Positions 42,793 through 57,847 of a stretch of 64,000 bases of DNA are shown in pieces. The notes below the pieces were generated by a model. It worked only from the letters and a program-made list of their open reading frames with translations, ran no database searches and had not been told where the DNA came from. The stretch lies in assembly GCF_009914755.1 (NCBI RefSeq), contig NC_060925.1, one strand, 5' to 3'. This DNA comes from the human T2T-CHM13v2.0 reference genome, Homo sapiens. Each line of letters begins with the position of its first letter. Position 1 is the stretch's first letter. The translations under genes and the position numbers were made by a program.

Positions 42793-43509
42793 AGAATAAA
42801 AAATAATGAACAAAAGCTCTGAGAAGTATGGGAGTATGTAAAGAGGACCATACTATGAATCATTGGCATCCCTGAAAGGGACGGGGAGAAAGCGAACAAC
42901 TTGGAAAACATATTTCAGGATATCATTCATGAAGACTTCCCCAACCTTGCTAGAGAGGCCAACAGTCAAATTCAGGAAATACAGAGGACTTCTCCAAGAT
43001 TCTACACAAGAAGATCATCCCCAAGACACATAATGATCAGAAATAAAAGAATGTTAAAGGCAGCTAGAGAGAAAGGTCAGGTCACCTACAAAGGGAGCCC
43101 CATCAGGCTAACAGCAGACCTCTCACCTGAAACAAGCCAGAAGAGATTGGGAACTTTATATTCAATATTCTTATAGAAAAAAATATCTTTAACCAAGAAT
43201 TTCATATTAAGCTTCCTAAGTGAAGGAGAAATAAGATGTTTTTCAGGTAAGCAAAATTGAGGGAATTCATTCTCACCAGATCTGCTTTACAAGAGATCTT
43301 GAAAGGAGCACAAAATATAGAAAGAAAAAACCACTACCAGCTAATACAAAATACACTTAAACACACAGTCTGGTGTTAACATAAAGCAACCACACAAACA
43401 AGCCAAAATAATAATCAGCTAACAGCACAATGACAGGATCAAATCCACACATATTAATACTAACCTTGAATGTAAACAGGCTAAATGTTCCACTTAAAAG
43501 GCAGAGTGA

Positions 43510-43812
<303 letters not shown>

Positions 43813-44395
43813 AGGCATAGAGTGACAAGCTGAATAAAAAAGCAAGACCTAATGCCAATGGTATGCTGTCTTCAGGAGATCCATCTCACACATAATGATA
43901 CTTATAGGCTCAAAATAAAGGGATGGAGGAAAACTTACCAAGCAAAATGGAAAACAGGAAAAAAAAGCAGAGATTGCAATAATAATTTCAGACAAAACAA
44001 ATTTTAAACCAAAAAACATAAAAGACGACAAAGAAGGGCATTACAAAATGGTTCAACTCAACAGGAGGACCTATCCTAAATATATGTGCACCCAACACAG
44101 GAGCACCCAGATTCATAAAGCAAGTTTTTAGAGACCTACAAGGAGACATAGATATCTCCTAATAATAGTGGAAGACCTCAACACTCCACTGACAGTATTA
44201 GACAGATCACTGAGGCAGAAAATTAACAAAGATATTCAAGACCTAAACTCATTAGTGGACCAGATGAATCTGATTGACCTTTACAGAACTCTCCACCCAA
44301 AACAAGAAATATATATTCTTCTCATCACCACATAACACATGCTCTAAAATCAGAGCAGAACTGAAGGAAATAGAGACACCAAAAACCCTTCAAAA

Positions 44396-46698
44396 AATTA
44401 AGTAAGCCACATTTTGTTTTGGTTTCTCAGTGCATATAAAAGTTATGTTTACATTATACTGTATTCTATTAGGTGTGCATTATGTCTAGGAAATGTGTAT
44501 AGCTTAATTAAAATATGCATTATTACTAAAAATGCTAGCAATAATCTAAGCCTTCAGTGGATTGTTATCTTTTTGTTAGTGGAGTGCCTTGCTTCAGTGT
44601 TGATGGCTGCTGACTGATCAGAGTGGTGGTCCCTGAAGGCTGAGCTGGCTCTGGCAATTTCTTAAAATAAGACAACAATAAAGTTTGTCTCATTGATTGA
44701 CTACCTTTCATGAAAGATTTCTCTGTAGCATATGATGCTGTTTGATAGCATTTTACCCACAGTAGAATTTCTTTCTAAATCGGAGTCCATCCTCTCAAAT
44801 CCTGCCACTGCTTTATAACCCAAGTTTATGTACTATTCTAAATCATGTGTTGTCATTTCAACAATGTTCACAGCATCTTCACCAGGAGTAGTTTTCATCT
44901 CAAGAAACTACTTTCTTTGATCATGCATAAAAAGCAACTCTTCTTTCATTAAACTTTAGTCATGACACTGCAGCAATTCAGTCACATTTTTAGGCTTCAC
45001 TTGTAATTCTTGCTGTCTTGCTTTGTCTACCACATCTTCAGTGACTTCCTCCACTGAAGTCTTGAACCTTTCAAAGTCATCTATGATGATTGCAATAAAC
45101 TTCTTTCAAAATGCTATTAATGCTGGTATTTTGAGTTCCTCCTCCTAATCACAAATGTTTTTAATGGCACTTAGAATGGTGAATCCTTTCCAGAAAATTT
45201 TCGATTTACTTTGCCCAGATCTATCAGAGGAATCAGTAGCTATGGCAGCTATAACCTTACAAAATGTTTTTCTTAAATAATAGGACTTGAAAGTAAAAAA
45301 GTATTCCTTGATTCATTGGCTGCAGAATGAATATTGTGTTAGCAGGCATGAAAACAACATTAATCTCTTTGAAATGACTCCATCAGAGCTCTTGGGTAAA
45401 CAGATTCATTGTCAAGGAGCAGTAATATTTTGAAAGGCATCTTATTTTTTTTTCCTGAGCAGTAGGTCTCAACAGTGGGCTTAAAATATTTAGTGAACCA
45501 TGGTGTAAACAGATGCACTATTGGTCAGGCTTTGTTCCATTTATAGAGCACTGGCAGAGTAGATTTGGCATAATTCCCAAAAGGCTCTAGAATTTTCAGA
45601 ATGGTAAATGAGCATTGGCTTCAGCTTAAAATCACCAGTTGCATTAGCTTCTAACAAGAGAGCTTGCCTGTTCTTGAAAGCATTGAAGTCGAGCATTAAC
45701 ATCTCATCTCTAGCTATGAAAGTCCTGTATTAAATTTTCTTCCCATGTAAGGTTGTTTGTCTACATTGAACATCTGTTGGTTAGTGTAGCCACCTTCAAT
45801 TATTCAATTAGGTATTTTCTGGATCACTTGCTGCAGCTTCTACATCAGTACTTGCTGCTTTGTCTTGCACTTTTGTGTTATAGACACACATTGAAAAACA
45901 AACAAAAATAAAACCAGAGAGCTCCGCTGGCTTCAGACTTTCTACTGTAGCTTTCTCATCTCTCTTGGCCTTCACAGAATTAAAGTTAGGGTCTTGTCCG
46001 GGATTAGGTTTTGGCTTAAGGGAATGCTATGGCTGGTTTGATGTTCTATGTTGACCACTAAAAGTTTCTTCATATCAGCAATAAAGCTGCTTTGCTTTAT
46101 TTTCATTTGTGTGTGCACTGGAGTAGCACTTTCAATTTCCTTCAAGAACTTTTTCTTTGCATTCACAACATTGCTAACTGTTTGTCACAAGAGACCTAGC
46201 TTTTGACCTGTCTTAGCTGTTGACATGCTTTCCTCACTAAGCTTAATTATTTCCAGCTTTTAAGTTAAAGTTAAAGAAGTGCTATTCTTGCTTTAACTTG
46301 AACTCTTAGAGGCCATTGTGGGGTTAATTGGCTAATTTCAATATTGTTGTGTCTCAGGAAATAAGTAGGCTGGGGGAGAAGGAGAGAGATGGGGGAAATA
46401 CACACAACATTCATTGATTAAGTTTGCTGTCTTACCTGGATACAGTTCATGGTGCCCCAAAACAATTACAATAGTAACATCAAAGATCATTGATCACAGA
46501 CCACCATAACAGATGTAACAATAATGAAAACATCTGAAATACTATGAGAATTACCAAAACATGAAACAGAGACATGAAGTGAGCACACACTGTTGGGAAA
46601 ATGGTGCCAAAAACTTGCTTTATGAATTGCCACAAACCTTCAATTTGTAAAAAGCACAATATCTGCAAAGTGAATCACAATAAAATAAGGAATGCCTG
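44396..46698 (-). mobile_element. Tigger1 (TcMar-Tigger/pogo) DNA transposon, near full length, left TIR missing
   Basis: Right TIR ..AATAAAATAAGGAATGCCTG followed by TA; minus-strand ORF NAKKKFLKEIESATPVHTQM..IADMKKLLVVNIEHQTSHSIPLSQ matches Tigger1/TIGD1 transposase. Confidence 0.94.
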
Positions 46699-47899
46699 TA
46701 ATAAACAGAACCCTTTTCTAAAGGTAATAAACCCAAGATAACAATTTGATAAGCATACTATCTATATTTTATACTAGCACTTAACAACTAATTCTTGTCA
46801 ATATAAAAAATGTAAAGGAACTCCCAGTAAAATAAAACAGTTACCTGATACAATGGAAGCCAATTCATCTTAACTGCAAAGCTGAATGAGAAAATGTGTG
46901 TTTAATCAGTAATTTCTATGAATTTTGATCTTACTGATAAGAAGCCTTTCATGACTCGGTTGCTACTCTACACCAACCTCATTTTGGATGATCTCTGATC
47001 CTTACTAAATACTTTCCCCTCCCATCCCTGAAGTTAATAAACTCATTTGAAACAAAAACTTTTAGTAGGAGTTTTGGATATTTGAGAGACATAGTTATCT
47101 TCAAAGTCTGGTATGCTTCTCTGTCAATGGAAGTTGGTGGCAACAGGTTTCTCTGCTTAGGACTTAATTGAGATGAAGAATCAGGAAGACCCTGAAGAAT
47201 TAGCATTCTGTCTGGATAGGGGAAAAATCATATTCAAGGTAATCAAAGAATTTTTGGGGGGAAGAAAAAAAGGCAATACTTCGGAATGCCAAAAAAAGAG
47301 TGTATTATATATAGTCAGTAAGCCATGGCTATGATCAAAAACACTTACTGATGGCAGAAATAATAGACCACCTACTGAAAGCAAAATAAAACAAAAATGG
47401 ATGTCCTGTAAGAAAGATAAATGGAAGGGCTCAGTCCTAAAAGGCTGGCCAGCATTTGAGAGATAGTGGTTTGAACATTTTGCGTGTAAAGAATTTAAAA
47501 CATAAACTTCTCAGAGTCACTTTGTATTAATGGAAGAGCTGTCACTTGAACCAAAGTCTCCCAGCTTTTAGCATGGTACTCCTTCTACTGATAATTCTGC
47601 TTTTCCATGCTGTGGCTACTCTACATCTTTCCAAAGAGGAAGACCATTTCCTCTCCCCAATGCTCATTGATATCCCCTCTAGTACCCCAGGGAAGGTAAT
47701 CTCAACATTTACTAAACTATATGCTGGTTGTTAAATGTATGCTTATTCTTTCACATACATAGTCATCACAGATGTCAGTTGAAATCAACCTGTCCTTTGA
47801 CATACACATATAATTCCTTAAAATTGGTTCAAATCTACTAATCTATGTCTGATGGGAAGTAAAAAATCCTCTTATAATTTTCAAAAATTCACTAGAAGT

Positions 47900-48867
<968 letters not shown>

Positions 48868-49864
48868 AGATACTTGTTTTTAATAGCAGAATTTGTAGGA
48901 GGAAAGGATAAAGAAAGGTTACATTACAGCACCACACTGCAAACTGTTTCTATATTAATATCCGATAATTCTTAAAATTCTTTAACCATCACCACTCATT
49001 ACAATCTCTCATTGTACCACATTTCTCCATAGGTTGTCATCTATGTCATGTTACTCAACCTCTTCCTGCAGCTCTTCCTCTCTTATTTTCTCTACTTCCA
49101 GAGGACCACCAAAATCCAGGTTAATTTTTATGCAGAGAAACTTAAAATATCTTTGCATATTTATTACTCTATAAACAAGGACCTGGGGTGTGCAGGAGGG
49201 AGAGGAAGGGGGAGCTCAACATTACAACACTGTGGCCTAAATAGGCATTTTGTTATGGAAAAGACAATTTGCTCCAAAGAGGAGGGACAAGTGGTTGAAG
49301 AAAGAAATTTATTTAAATGGCATTGTTTTTGTGATTTTTTAAAAAATATATCACATCATAAAATTCTGAGACAAGATCCTAAGATAAAATCCTAAAACCA
49401 GGATTTTTTTCTCATCAAGTAAAATAGGTAGACCAGAATTTGACTTCAGTTCTCTGTACAGGTACCTACAAAGGGTGGATTCAGATTTTGAATACATGAA
49501 TATTTAGTTAGAATGAGAAAAGATGATTTTGTATAAGCGGTCTGTGCCAATGAGAGAGAAGTTTTATTAGCTTCTCATTACATCCACCTCTGAGCCTAAC
49601 CAGAACCTTAAGTCTATAAGTTCATGTAAGGCTCAGCAGATGCGTACATTTAACTACAATAAAAATAAGTCATCTTCTCAACTGATCTAACCCAGGGCAC
49701 CCAGGTGCCCTATGGTACTTACAGAAAGCTATTCTGTATACAACTTTGACACTGATTAATTTTTAAAAAGTAAATTAAAAATTGGCTCAGTTGGAATAGA
49801 ACTTAACATTAGTACAACCCCCCTCCCCGTGCTGGCCTTGCTTTTAAAGGCCTTGTTTAGTGAA

Positions 49865-51195
49865 CAATCTTCTTAATTAACTGATTTTCAACAAAGGTCC
49901 CAAAACAATGGAGAAAAGACAGTGCTTTCAATAAATGGGACAGGAAATACCGGAGATACATGAAAAGTAATGAAGTTCGACATCATATACAGAATTAGAA
50001 TAGATGGAAGACCCAAGTGTAAGAGCTAAAACTATACAATTCTTAGAAAAAGATGAAGTAAATCTTCATAACATTGGATTAGGCAATGATTTCATAGACA
50101 TGCGCTAAAAGTACAGGCAACAGAAAAGAAAACAGATAAATTGGAATTCATCAAGATTAAATACTTTTGTGCATCAAAGGACACTAACAAGAGAGTGGAA
50201 AGACAACCTACAGAAAGGGGGGAAATATTTGCATATCATACATCTCAATATCTGATAAGAGATTAATATCCAGAATATGTAAAGAACTCCTACAACTTTT
50301 TTAAAAAGCAAAAAAAATTCCAGCAGTTAATATGTGAGCAAATAACTCAAATATGTATTTCTTTAATGAAAATATACAAATAGCCAATACAAGCACATGA
50401 CATGATGTGCAGCATCACCAGCCATCAGGCAAATACAAATCAAAACCACAATAAGATACCACTTCTTTGGCATTAGGATCATTATTATATTAATAGCAAC
50501 AGAAACAATAGAAAATAGTAAGTGTTGGGGAGGAAGTGGAGAAATTAGAACCCTTGTGTGTAACTGATGGGAATGTAAAATGATACAGCAACTGTGAAAA
50601 ACAGTCTGGTGGTTCTTCAAACAGTTAAAAATAGAATTACCATATAATTCAGCAATGCTACTCCTGGGTATATACCCAACAGAATTGAGAACAGAGAATC
50701 AAACAGACACTTGTACACCAATGTTCATAGCATACTCACAGAAGCCAAAAGGTAAAAACAACCCAAATGTCCATCAAAAGATGAACGAATAAATAAAATC
50801 TGCTACATACACAATGGAATATTATTCTACCTTAAAAAGAAATGAAATTCTGGTACATGCTGCAACATGGATGAACTCTAAAAACATTATGCTATGTGAA
50901 GTAAGCCAGACACAAAAAGACAAATATTTTATGATTCATTTAAATGAAATGTTCAGAGTAGGCAAATCCATAGAGACAGAAAGCAGGTTAGTGCTTGCCC
51001 AGGACTGGCAGTCAAGAAGAAATGGAGAGTTATTATTTAGTAGGTACACATTTTCTGTTTGAGATTATGAAAATGTTATGGAAATAGTGATGGTTATACA
51101 ACACTATGAAGGTACTTAACATCACTGATGTACACTTAGAAATTGTTAAAATGATACATTTTATATTATGTATATTTTATCACAATAAAAATTAA
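49865..51195 (+). mobile_element. L1MB-type LINE 3' portion
   Basis: ORF2 tail MEYYSTLKRNEILVHAATWMN and MB-type 3'UTR GGCAAATCCATAGAGACAGAAAG..TATATTTTATCACAATAAAAA. Confidence 0.88.
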
Positions 51196-52674
51196 GTATC
51201 TGGGAAGGTTTTTTTTATTTTTCCTGCCACTTTTCTGTAAATCCAAAATTATGTCAAAAGAAAAGGTCATAAGAATAAAAGAAAGCCTAATAGTTTAGGA
51301 TGATGTCATCACAATAGGTGGTGCATATCTCCTTTGACAAGAGCACATAATTCTACAGGGCTAATCCCAAATCTCTCCATTAAAGGACTATCTCTACCAA
51401 ACTTGCCCCCAAATGAATGCTGCTTCCACTTCAGGGTGATCTTTGTTTTCTGTTCAATTGAGTATCCCTTTCTCTCCTGGGGCTTCTCTTCTACCTAGGA
51501 GTTCTACAGTTCCTCCAGCGGGTGCACATGGATTGAAACAAGAGTCTTAGGATGGCTTAACAATGCCCTCTCCATAGCCAATAGACAGACTGTAGGCTTC
51601 AGTTTTACATGGATATAGAAAGACCTTATTGTCTTGGTCCAAGTGCTGTAGAACAAGGGGTTTTAACCATAGGTCAGGTTGATATGTAAGATTTCTCTAG
51701 AACCAGGAGAAATACTATAAAATTCATATTAATCATATGTTAACATCTGACTATCTCCGCATAGGGCTTATTACATATAGGGCTTGCAAATATGGGTTAT
51801 TTACATATGATATTGCAATGAAAGATCTTATATGGTGAATTCTTTTTCCTAACTTACTTTTTTGGTTCTGTCAACTCTATTCCAGGGACATAAGAAAGGT
51901 TAGTTTATTGAGTGCAATGAGCAAAGGTTGTGAAACCCTATCTTCTTTTTTTCCTTTCATACCTAGTCCCTGGGCATTTTACCCTTATACTCAAAAAATT
52001 CTTCCTGTGGAGTTGGATGTGGCTAATGATAAATGCATTGATTATTTCTGTTGGTCTATGATTTGGTTTTCCTGAGTCTCTATCATTCCTCTTCGGGTAA
52101 GAAATAGAAAACTTGAATTAATAGGTGTAAATATTACTTTTTTGTGTCATATCCTCCCCAATCCCTGGTTATCTGTTCATAAGAAAGGGGTCAAATCCCT
52201 GTTTGTTCAATGTACTTGAAGCTGTCATCTCAGATGCTGAGGCTCAATCTCATGGACTTACCCCCTTTTAAGGCAGAGGTGGGTGTGTAATCATTTTGCG
52301 CTCATCCACTTAATTTTGTTTAGTAGGAATAGAAGGAATACAACTTTCTTCCAGCCAATTGTGACTGGAAGTACACATTCATCTATAATTTGCTAAACCA
52401 ACATGTTCCCTTTCAAATGAAGCATATTTAGTGAGTTTTTTCTCCTTTCCCTAAAATGAGATAATCATAGCAAGAGTTGTTTTTGAGAGAACAGAAAGTT
52501 ATATTCATTATCCTGCTTTACAAACAAGAAAATTAACACAGGGAGATGAAATGACTGACTCAAGGTCACATAGTGAGTCAGTGGCAGGGCTGGAAATAAA
52601 ATGCAAGTAATATAGAATAGGCATGCTATTATCCTTTCTGCTTTGAAAAATTTTTCCTCCCCTCACCTCCCTCA

Positions 52675-54850
52675 TTTTTTATTGTACAGATTTAGGGTAT
52701 ACAAAAAGATATTTTGATATACATATACATGGTGAAATGATTACTACATGTACACAACTAAAGATACCCATCACCTTCCATAGTTACCTCTTTCCCGCAT
52801 GCACGCGCGCATGCATGCATGTGTGTGTATGTGTGTGTAACAGCACCTAAAATCTACTCTCTTAGCAAATTTTAAATATAAAATTTAATATTATTAACTA
52901 TAATCCTCCTGCTATACATTAAATCCCTAGACTTATTTATCTTACATAACTGAACGTTTGTACTCTTTGACTTACATCTCCTCATTTTCTCCCCCTCCTT
53001 TTCCCTAGTAACTAACCACTGCTCTATTCTCTGTTTCTCTGTATTTGACTTAAAAATATTCCATATGTGAGATTGCACAGTATTTTTCTTTCTGCATCTG
53101 GCTAATTTCACTTAGCATAATGTCCTCTAGCTTGATTCATGTTGTCACAAATGGCAGTATCTTTTTTTAAGGCTGAGTAATATTCTATTTTGTGTGTGTA
53201 TGTGTGTGTGTGTATCACAATATCTTTATTTATCCATCGACTATTTTCGTATCTTGGTTATTGTGAATTATGTTGTAATAAACATGAAAGTGCAGGTATC
53301 TCTTTGAGGTATTGATTTCATTTCCCCTAATACCCAGAAAGGGACTGCTGCATTATATGGTATTTCAATTTTTATTTTTTTGAGGAACCGCCATACTTTT
53401 TTGCATAATGTATGTCCAAATTATAGTTCCACAAATAGTGTACAAGGGTCTTCCTTTCTCCAAATCCTCACCTCCATATCTTTCATTTTTTGGTAGTAGC
53501 CATCATAACAGATATGAAGTAACATCTCATTGTGGTTTTGATTCCCATTTCCTCAATGATTAATAATATCAAGCACCTCTTCATATACTTGCAGGCCATT
53601 TTTATGTCTTCTTTGGAGAAGTATCTATTCAGATTCTTTGCCCATTTTAAAATTGGATTTTTTTTTTGGCTAGTGAGTAGTGTGAGTTCCTTATATGTTT
53701 TGAATATTAGCCCTTATCAGATATATGGTTCACAAATATTTTCCCCCAATCCATAGGCTGCTTTTTGATTTTTTTGATTGTTTCCTTTGCTGTGCAGAAG
53801 CTTTTTTAATTTGTTGTAGTCCCACCTGTTTATTTTTGCTTTTGTTGCCTGTGCTTTTAGTGTGATATTCAAAAATATCATTGCCAAAGTCAGTATCAAG
53901 GACCTTTCCCCCTATGTTTTCTTCTAGGAGTCTTTTTTTTTTTTTTAATACTTTAACTTTTAGAGTACATGTGCACAACGTGCAGGTTAGTTACATATGT
54001 ATACATGTGCCATGTTGGTGTGCTGCACCCAGTAACTTGTCATTTAACATTAGGTATATCTCCTAATGCTATCCCTCCCCCCTCCCCCTACCCCACAACA
54101 GGCCCCGGTGTGTGATGTTCCCCTTCCTGTGTCCATGTGTTCTCATTGTTCAATTCCCACCTATGAGTGAGAACATTTGGTGTTTGGTTTTTTGTCCTTG
54201 CGATAGTTTGCTGAGAATGATGGTTTCCAGCTTCATCCATGTCCCTACAAAGGACATGAACTCATCCTTTTTATGGCTGCATAGTATTCCATGGTGTATA
54301 TGTGCCACATTTTCTTAATCCAGTCTATCATTGTTGCACATTTGGATTGGTTCCAAGTCTTTGCTATTGTGAATAGTCCGCAATAAACATATGTGTGCAT
54401 GTGTCTTTATAGCAGCATGATTTATAATCCTTTGGGTATATACCCAGTAATGGGATGGCTGGGTCAAATGGTATTTCTAGTTCTAGATCCCTGAGGAATC
54501 GCCACACTGACTTCCACAATGGTTGAACTAGTTTACAGTCCCACCAACAGTGTAAAAGTGTTCCTATTTCTCCACATCCTCTCCAGCACCTGTTGTTTCC
54601 TGACTTTTTAATGATTGCCATTCTAACTGGTGTGAGATGGTATCTCATTGTGGTTTTGATTTGCATTTCTCTGATGGCCAGTGATGATGAGCATTTTTTC
54701 ATGTGTCTTTTAGGAGTTTTATGGTGTCTCATCTTACATTTAGGGCTTTAGTCCATTTTGTGTTGATTTTTGTATATGATGTAAGATAAGGGCCCAGTTT
54801 CATTCTTCTGCATATGGAGATCCCGTTTTCCTAAGACCATTTATAGCAAG
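52675..54850 (-). mobile_element. L1MA-type LINE 3' portion, interrupted by a younger L1PA
   Basis: MA-type 3'UTR (CACCTAAAATCTACTCTCTTAGCAAATTT, CTAGACTTATT) and ORF2 remnant; resumes at 54711. Confidence 0.88.
53935..54710 (-). mobile_element. L1PA (about PA4-5) 3' fragment nested in L1MA
   Basis: Poly-T, L1PA 3'UTR, ORF2 [29 protein letters not shown]; TSD TAGGAGT(C/T)TT at 53925-53934 and 54711-54720. Confidence 0.95.
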
Positions 54851-55139
54851 ATTCTGATGAATATTTTCCACATGAAGATGAAATCAGCTCTTCTTTCCTT
54901 ATCTCCTGAAAGCAGATCATCATGAGTGGTATTTTCAGAACACTCTAATTATTTTTTATGTTACTAATTGTTTCCCTGGAAGAGTTTGTGCACTGGTCAG
55001 AGTTCCCATTTGAAGGAAAGCCAGAAATGGTAGCTGTTTTGGGAAACATACCATGTGGGAAAAGAGTAGCTCATTTCTGAGCAGATAGTACAGAAATATT
55101 AAAGCTTTTAAAACTACTAATATTTTATAACTTTTAAAT

Positions 55140-55310
55140 ATCTAATGTCATAATTAATCTCATTCAACATTTATAAAACTTTATGAGGTAGCTTTCTTTT
55201 TTTTAATAAAAAATCCCATTTTACAAATGAAGAAACTGAGGCTCATGGAAGTATATAACTTCTTGACGTTCACACAGTTAGAAAGTGCCTAGCCAAGGCT
55301 GTTAGCTCTG
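55140..55310 (-). mobile_element. MIR SINE
   Basis: ATCCCATTTTACAAATGAAGAAACTGAGGCTCA..AACTTCTTGACGTTCACACAGTTAG. Confidence 0.8.
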
Positions 55311-56298
55311 CGGCATCATCTCTCCTTCTGGCAAATAGGCCTCGGACCTTTTCTCATTCTCATAAAGTAGGGGTGATGGTGTTCCCTTTGTGCAGGTAAA
55401 CCAGCTCTCCTTTCTCTGGACCTAGGAATTTCTGGTATTTGAAAAATCATTTCTCCCATTTTCTACCACCCCTCACTCTTCCCACGCTAACTCTCTCTCC
55501 CCATAAAGAACCCTTTAGTCTATCTCTACCACTGTTTTTCTAGGTTGGGAGCATATACCTAACTGAACTCAGCAACTACTTGACTGTGCCATTCCTCCCA
55601 AGTAAACATGGAGAGCTGGGAGGACTCTTGGGGACTGCAAAAGTCCTAGAAAGGGAGAGACACCTACCACCTGGCTTCACATACTCTTCTTTGAAGGACA
55701 AAGTCTTTGTTCCAGCTGATAGGATTCAAGTTTATATATAAATGAATAGAAATGCTTTTTCCTCCTTGAGCACTTGTTTCAGGTGTTGTGACTGCACCAC
55801 TTCCTGTAACTTCTCATTTCCTGTTTTCCTCTGAGAAAGCCTAACATGTTAGACAAGGAAACAGGCTCTATGTCTTCATGAGGGTACAGCCTCTCTAATA
55901 CTTACTATCTGTGTTTCCAGATCTTGGGAAAAAGTGAATATGAAGGACTACTATCTTCTCAGAAAACTGACATAATTCCCTACATAAGGCCATTGTGGGC
56001 TTCGAAATGGAAGAGATAGATAAGGGCCTCCGTTTCTTGACCTTGCTCCTTTAATATGGAACCTAAAGACATCCAAGTGCATATCAGTTGAGCAAGTCTG
56101 TTAGTGGAGATCAGAAGCGCCAGCTCATGACTAAGCCACTTGGAGAGTTTACCACAGCAAGGTGGTTTTGACTGTTATACCACTTTACATGGTTTTTATT
56201 CTTATTCATACATTTGTTTCATATATGTCCATAATAGGTCATTGGTTAAGGCTACAGATCATAAAGAATATTCATGTTGAAATATAAGTTAATGAAGA

Positions 56299-56368
56299 GG
56301 GGCACATGTTCTCAGAACCTCCTGAGGGCTGTGTCATGGGCAAAAAGAAATATATTTTAAAGAAAAAA
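56299..56368 (+). mobile_element. Tiny ERV1 (MER4-group) LTR fragment with A-rich tail and TSD
   Basis: GGGCACATGTTCTCAGAACCTCCTGAGGGCTGTGTCATGGGC followed by an A-rich tract; flanks AAGTTAATGAAGA (56286-56298) / AAGTTAATAAGGA (56367-56379). Confidence 0.7.
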
Positions 56369-57847
56369 GTTAATAAGGAACATAAAAATGATCACTTAGA
56401 AAATCCATGTGATGATTAAAATTAAAATTAAAAATAACAATTATAAACATTTTAAATTTTCAAAAAGTTATAAAACTATATATTAGATACTACGTGTTCA
56501 CCATGCCATATTTGTCATAATTGTTTCCTACCTCTTTTTTTATAAGTAGTAATATTTATAGATGTAGTCAGAAATTCACCTCCATCCTTTCCCCTTCCTT
56601 ACTTCCTCCTTTCTCAGAGGTAACTACTATATTGAGTGTATATAGAGTATTCCTTTGCATGTTTATACCTTAGTACATATGTCTATATCTATAAATATTC
56701 GATCTTATTTTAAGTTTATGTATGTATTCTATTTCTAAAATTTTTCCATATTGATTGTCAAAAATATCTTAATCTAAAAAATATTTTATAGTACATCAAG
56801 ATGTTAACACTTAACTAAACCCTAGTAAATTAAGCACTTGAAAACTCAGCATGAATATTATTAAATAAAATTTTGTAGGCTCTAAATGCTAGAAACAAAA
56901 ATCAAAATCCTCAAAGAAATTTGTGTACATTTCTGAGATAATGCAAAGTAGTTAAATTTCAATCTTCATTTTAATGCATATATTTTTATCCCCAAACTTC
57001 ACAGATACCTTATTTGAGTCCTTGATTTCCTAGCTTATGGCCCAATTCTAGGTGAAGAGCACCACATTAACTCCCAACAACCAGGAACTCCCTGTATTGA
57101 GAACTGGGCAACTTCATCTTCAAGAGCCCAAGAGCTAGATCTCCATTCTGTCATGAGCCAAGATGTCTCCATCTCACAACTATGTTGAACTCCACAACCA
57201 TCTAAATCAGTTAATGTCCTTAGTCTACTGATGATACCCAAGCCCCTAAACACATGTTGGAAATTGATTCCTCCCGTGGGTCCACAAGTATGCTTATCTT
57301 ATAGTCCTAACATAGACTGCCATGATTTCCTTACACACATAAGGTAATAAAATGTCCTTCAGGAGAACATAGGGCCTTTCTTTGAAGGGGAAGGGCAGTG
57401 GAGTAGGAAATAGAATAATTAAAAGAGAAAGGAAAGATCCAGTAATGAAAACAATAGATCAAAAGGTAAACAAATTAGTTTTTTAACCATATCCTGGTTC
57501 AGTTAATATTTACCATCTATAACTTTGTGTTTTGTTGCTAGAACAAAGACCTTGCCTGTAACAACACAGTATAAGAAGCCAAACAGTGAGTGTCTCTCCA
57601 CTGTGATAACTGCTGCTATCCCCCTCAGTACTCCTGAAAACCCATGGAGAGTGTGATGGAGAGGCATCTTCCGGGTATCCTGCTCCTCACCACTCTCTCG
57701 AGAGGTGTGACAGTGAGGTAGGAACTGAGCTAATGAGCTAATTGGGAAGTTTCCTCCACGTCCCAAGAGAACTAGAATATAAGACCTATTGTTGGTTTTG
57801 TTGCTGCTGCTGCTACAGTTTCAGAAAGGTATGAATGAAGGTTGGCA

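Noticed and set aside
44396-46698. TIGD1-like domesticated transposase gene
   Set aside because: Only a 64-aa frame survives; multiple stops and indels indicate a neutral Tigger1 fossil.
51655-51940. Possible hAT MITE (CAAGGGGTTTTAACC ... GGTTGTGAAACCCTA) with a short internal repeat
   Set aside because: TIRs are weak and no TSD was found; not supportable by eye.
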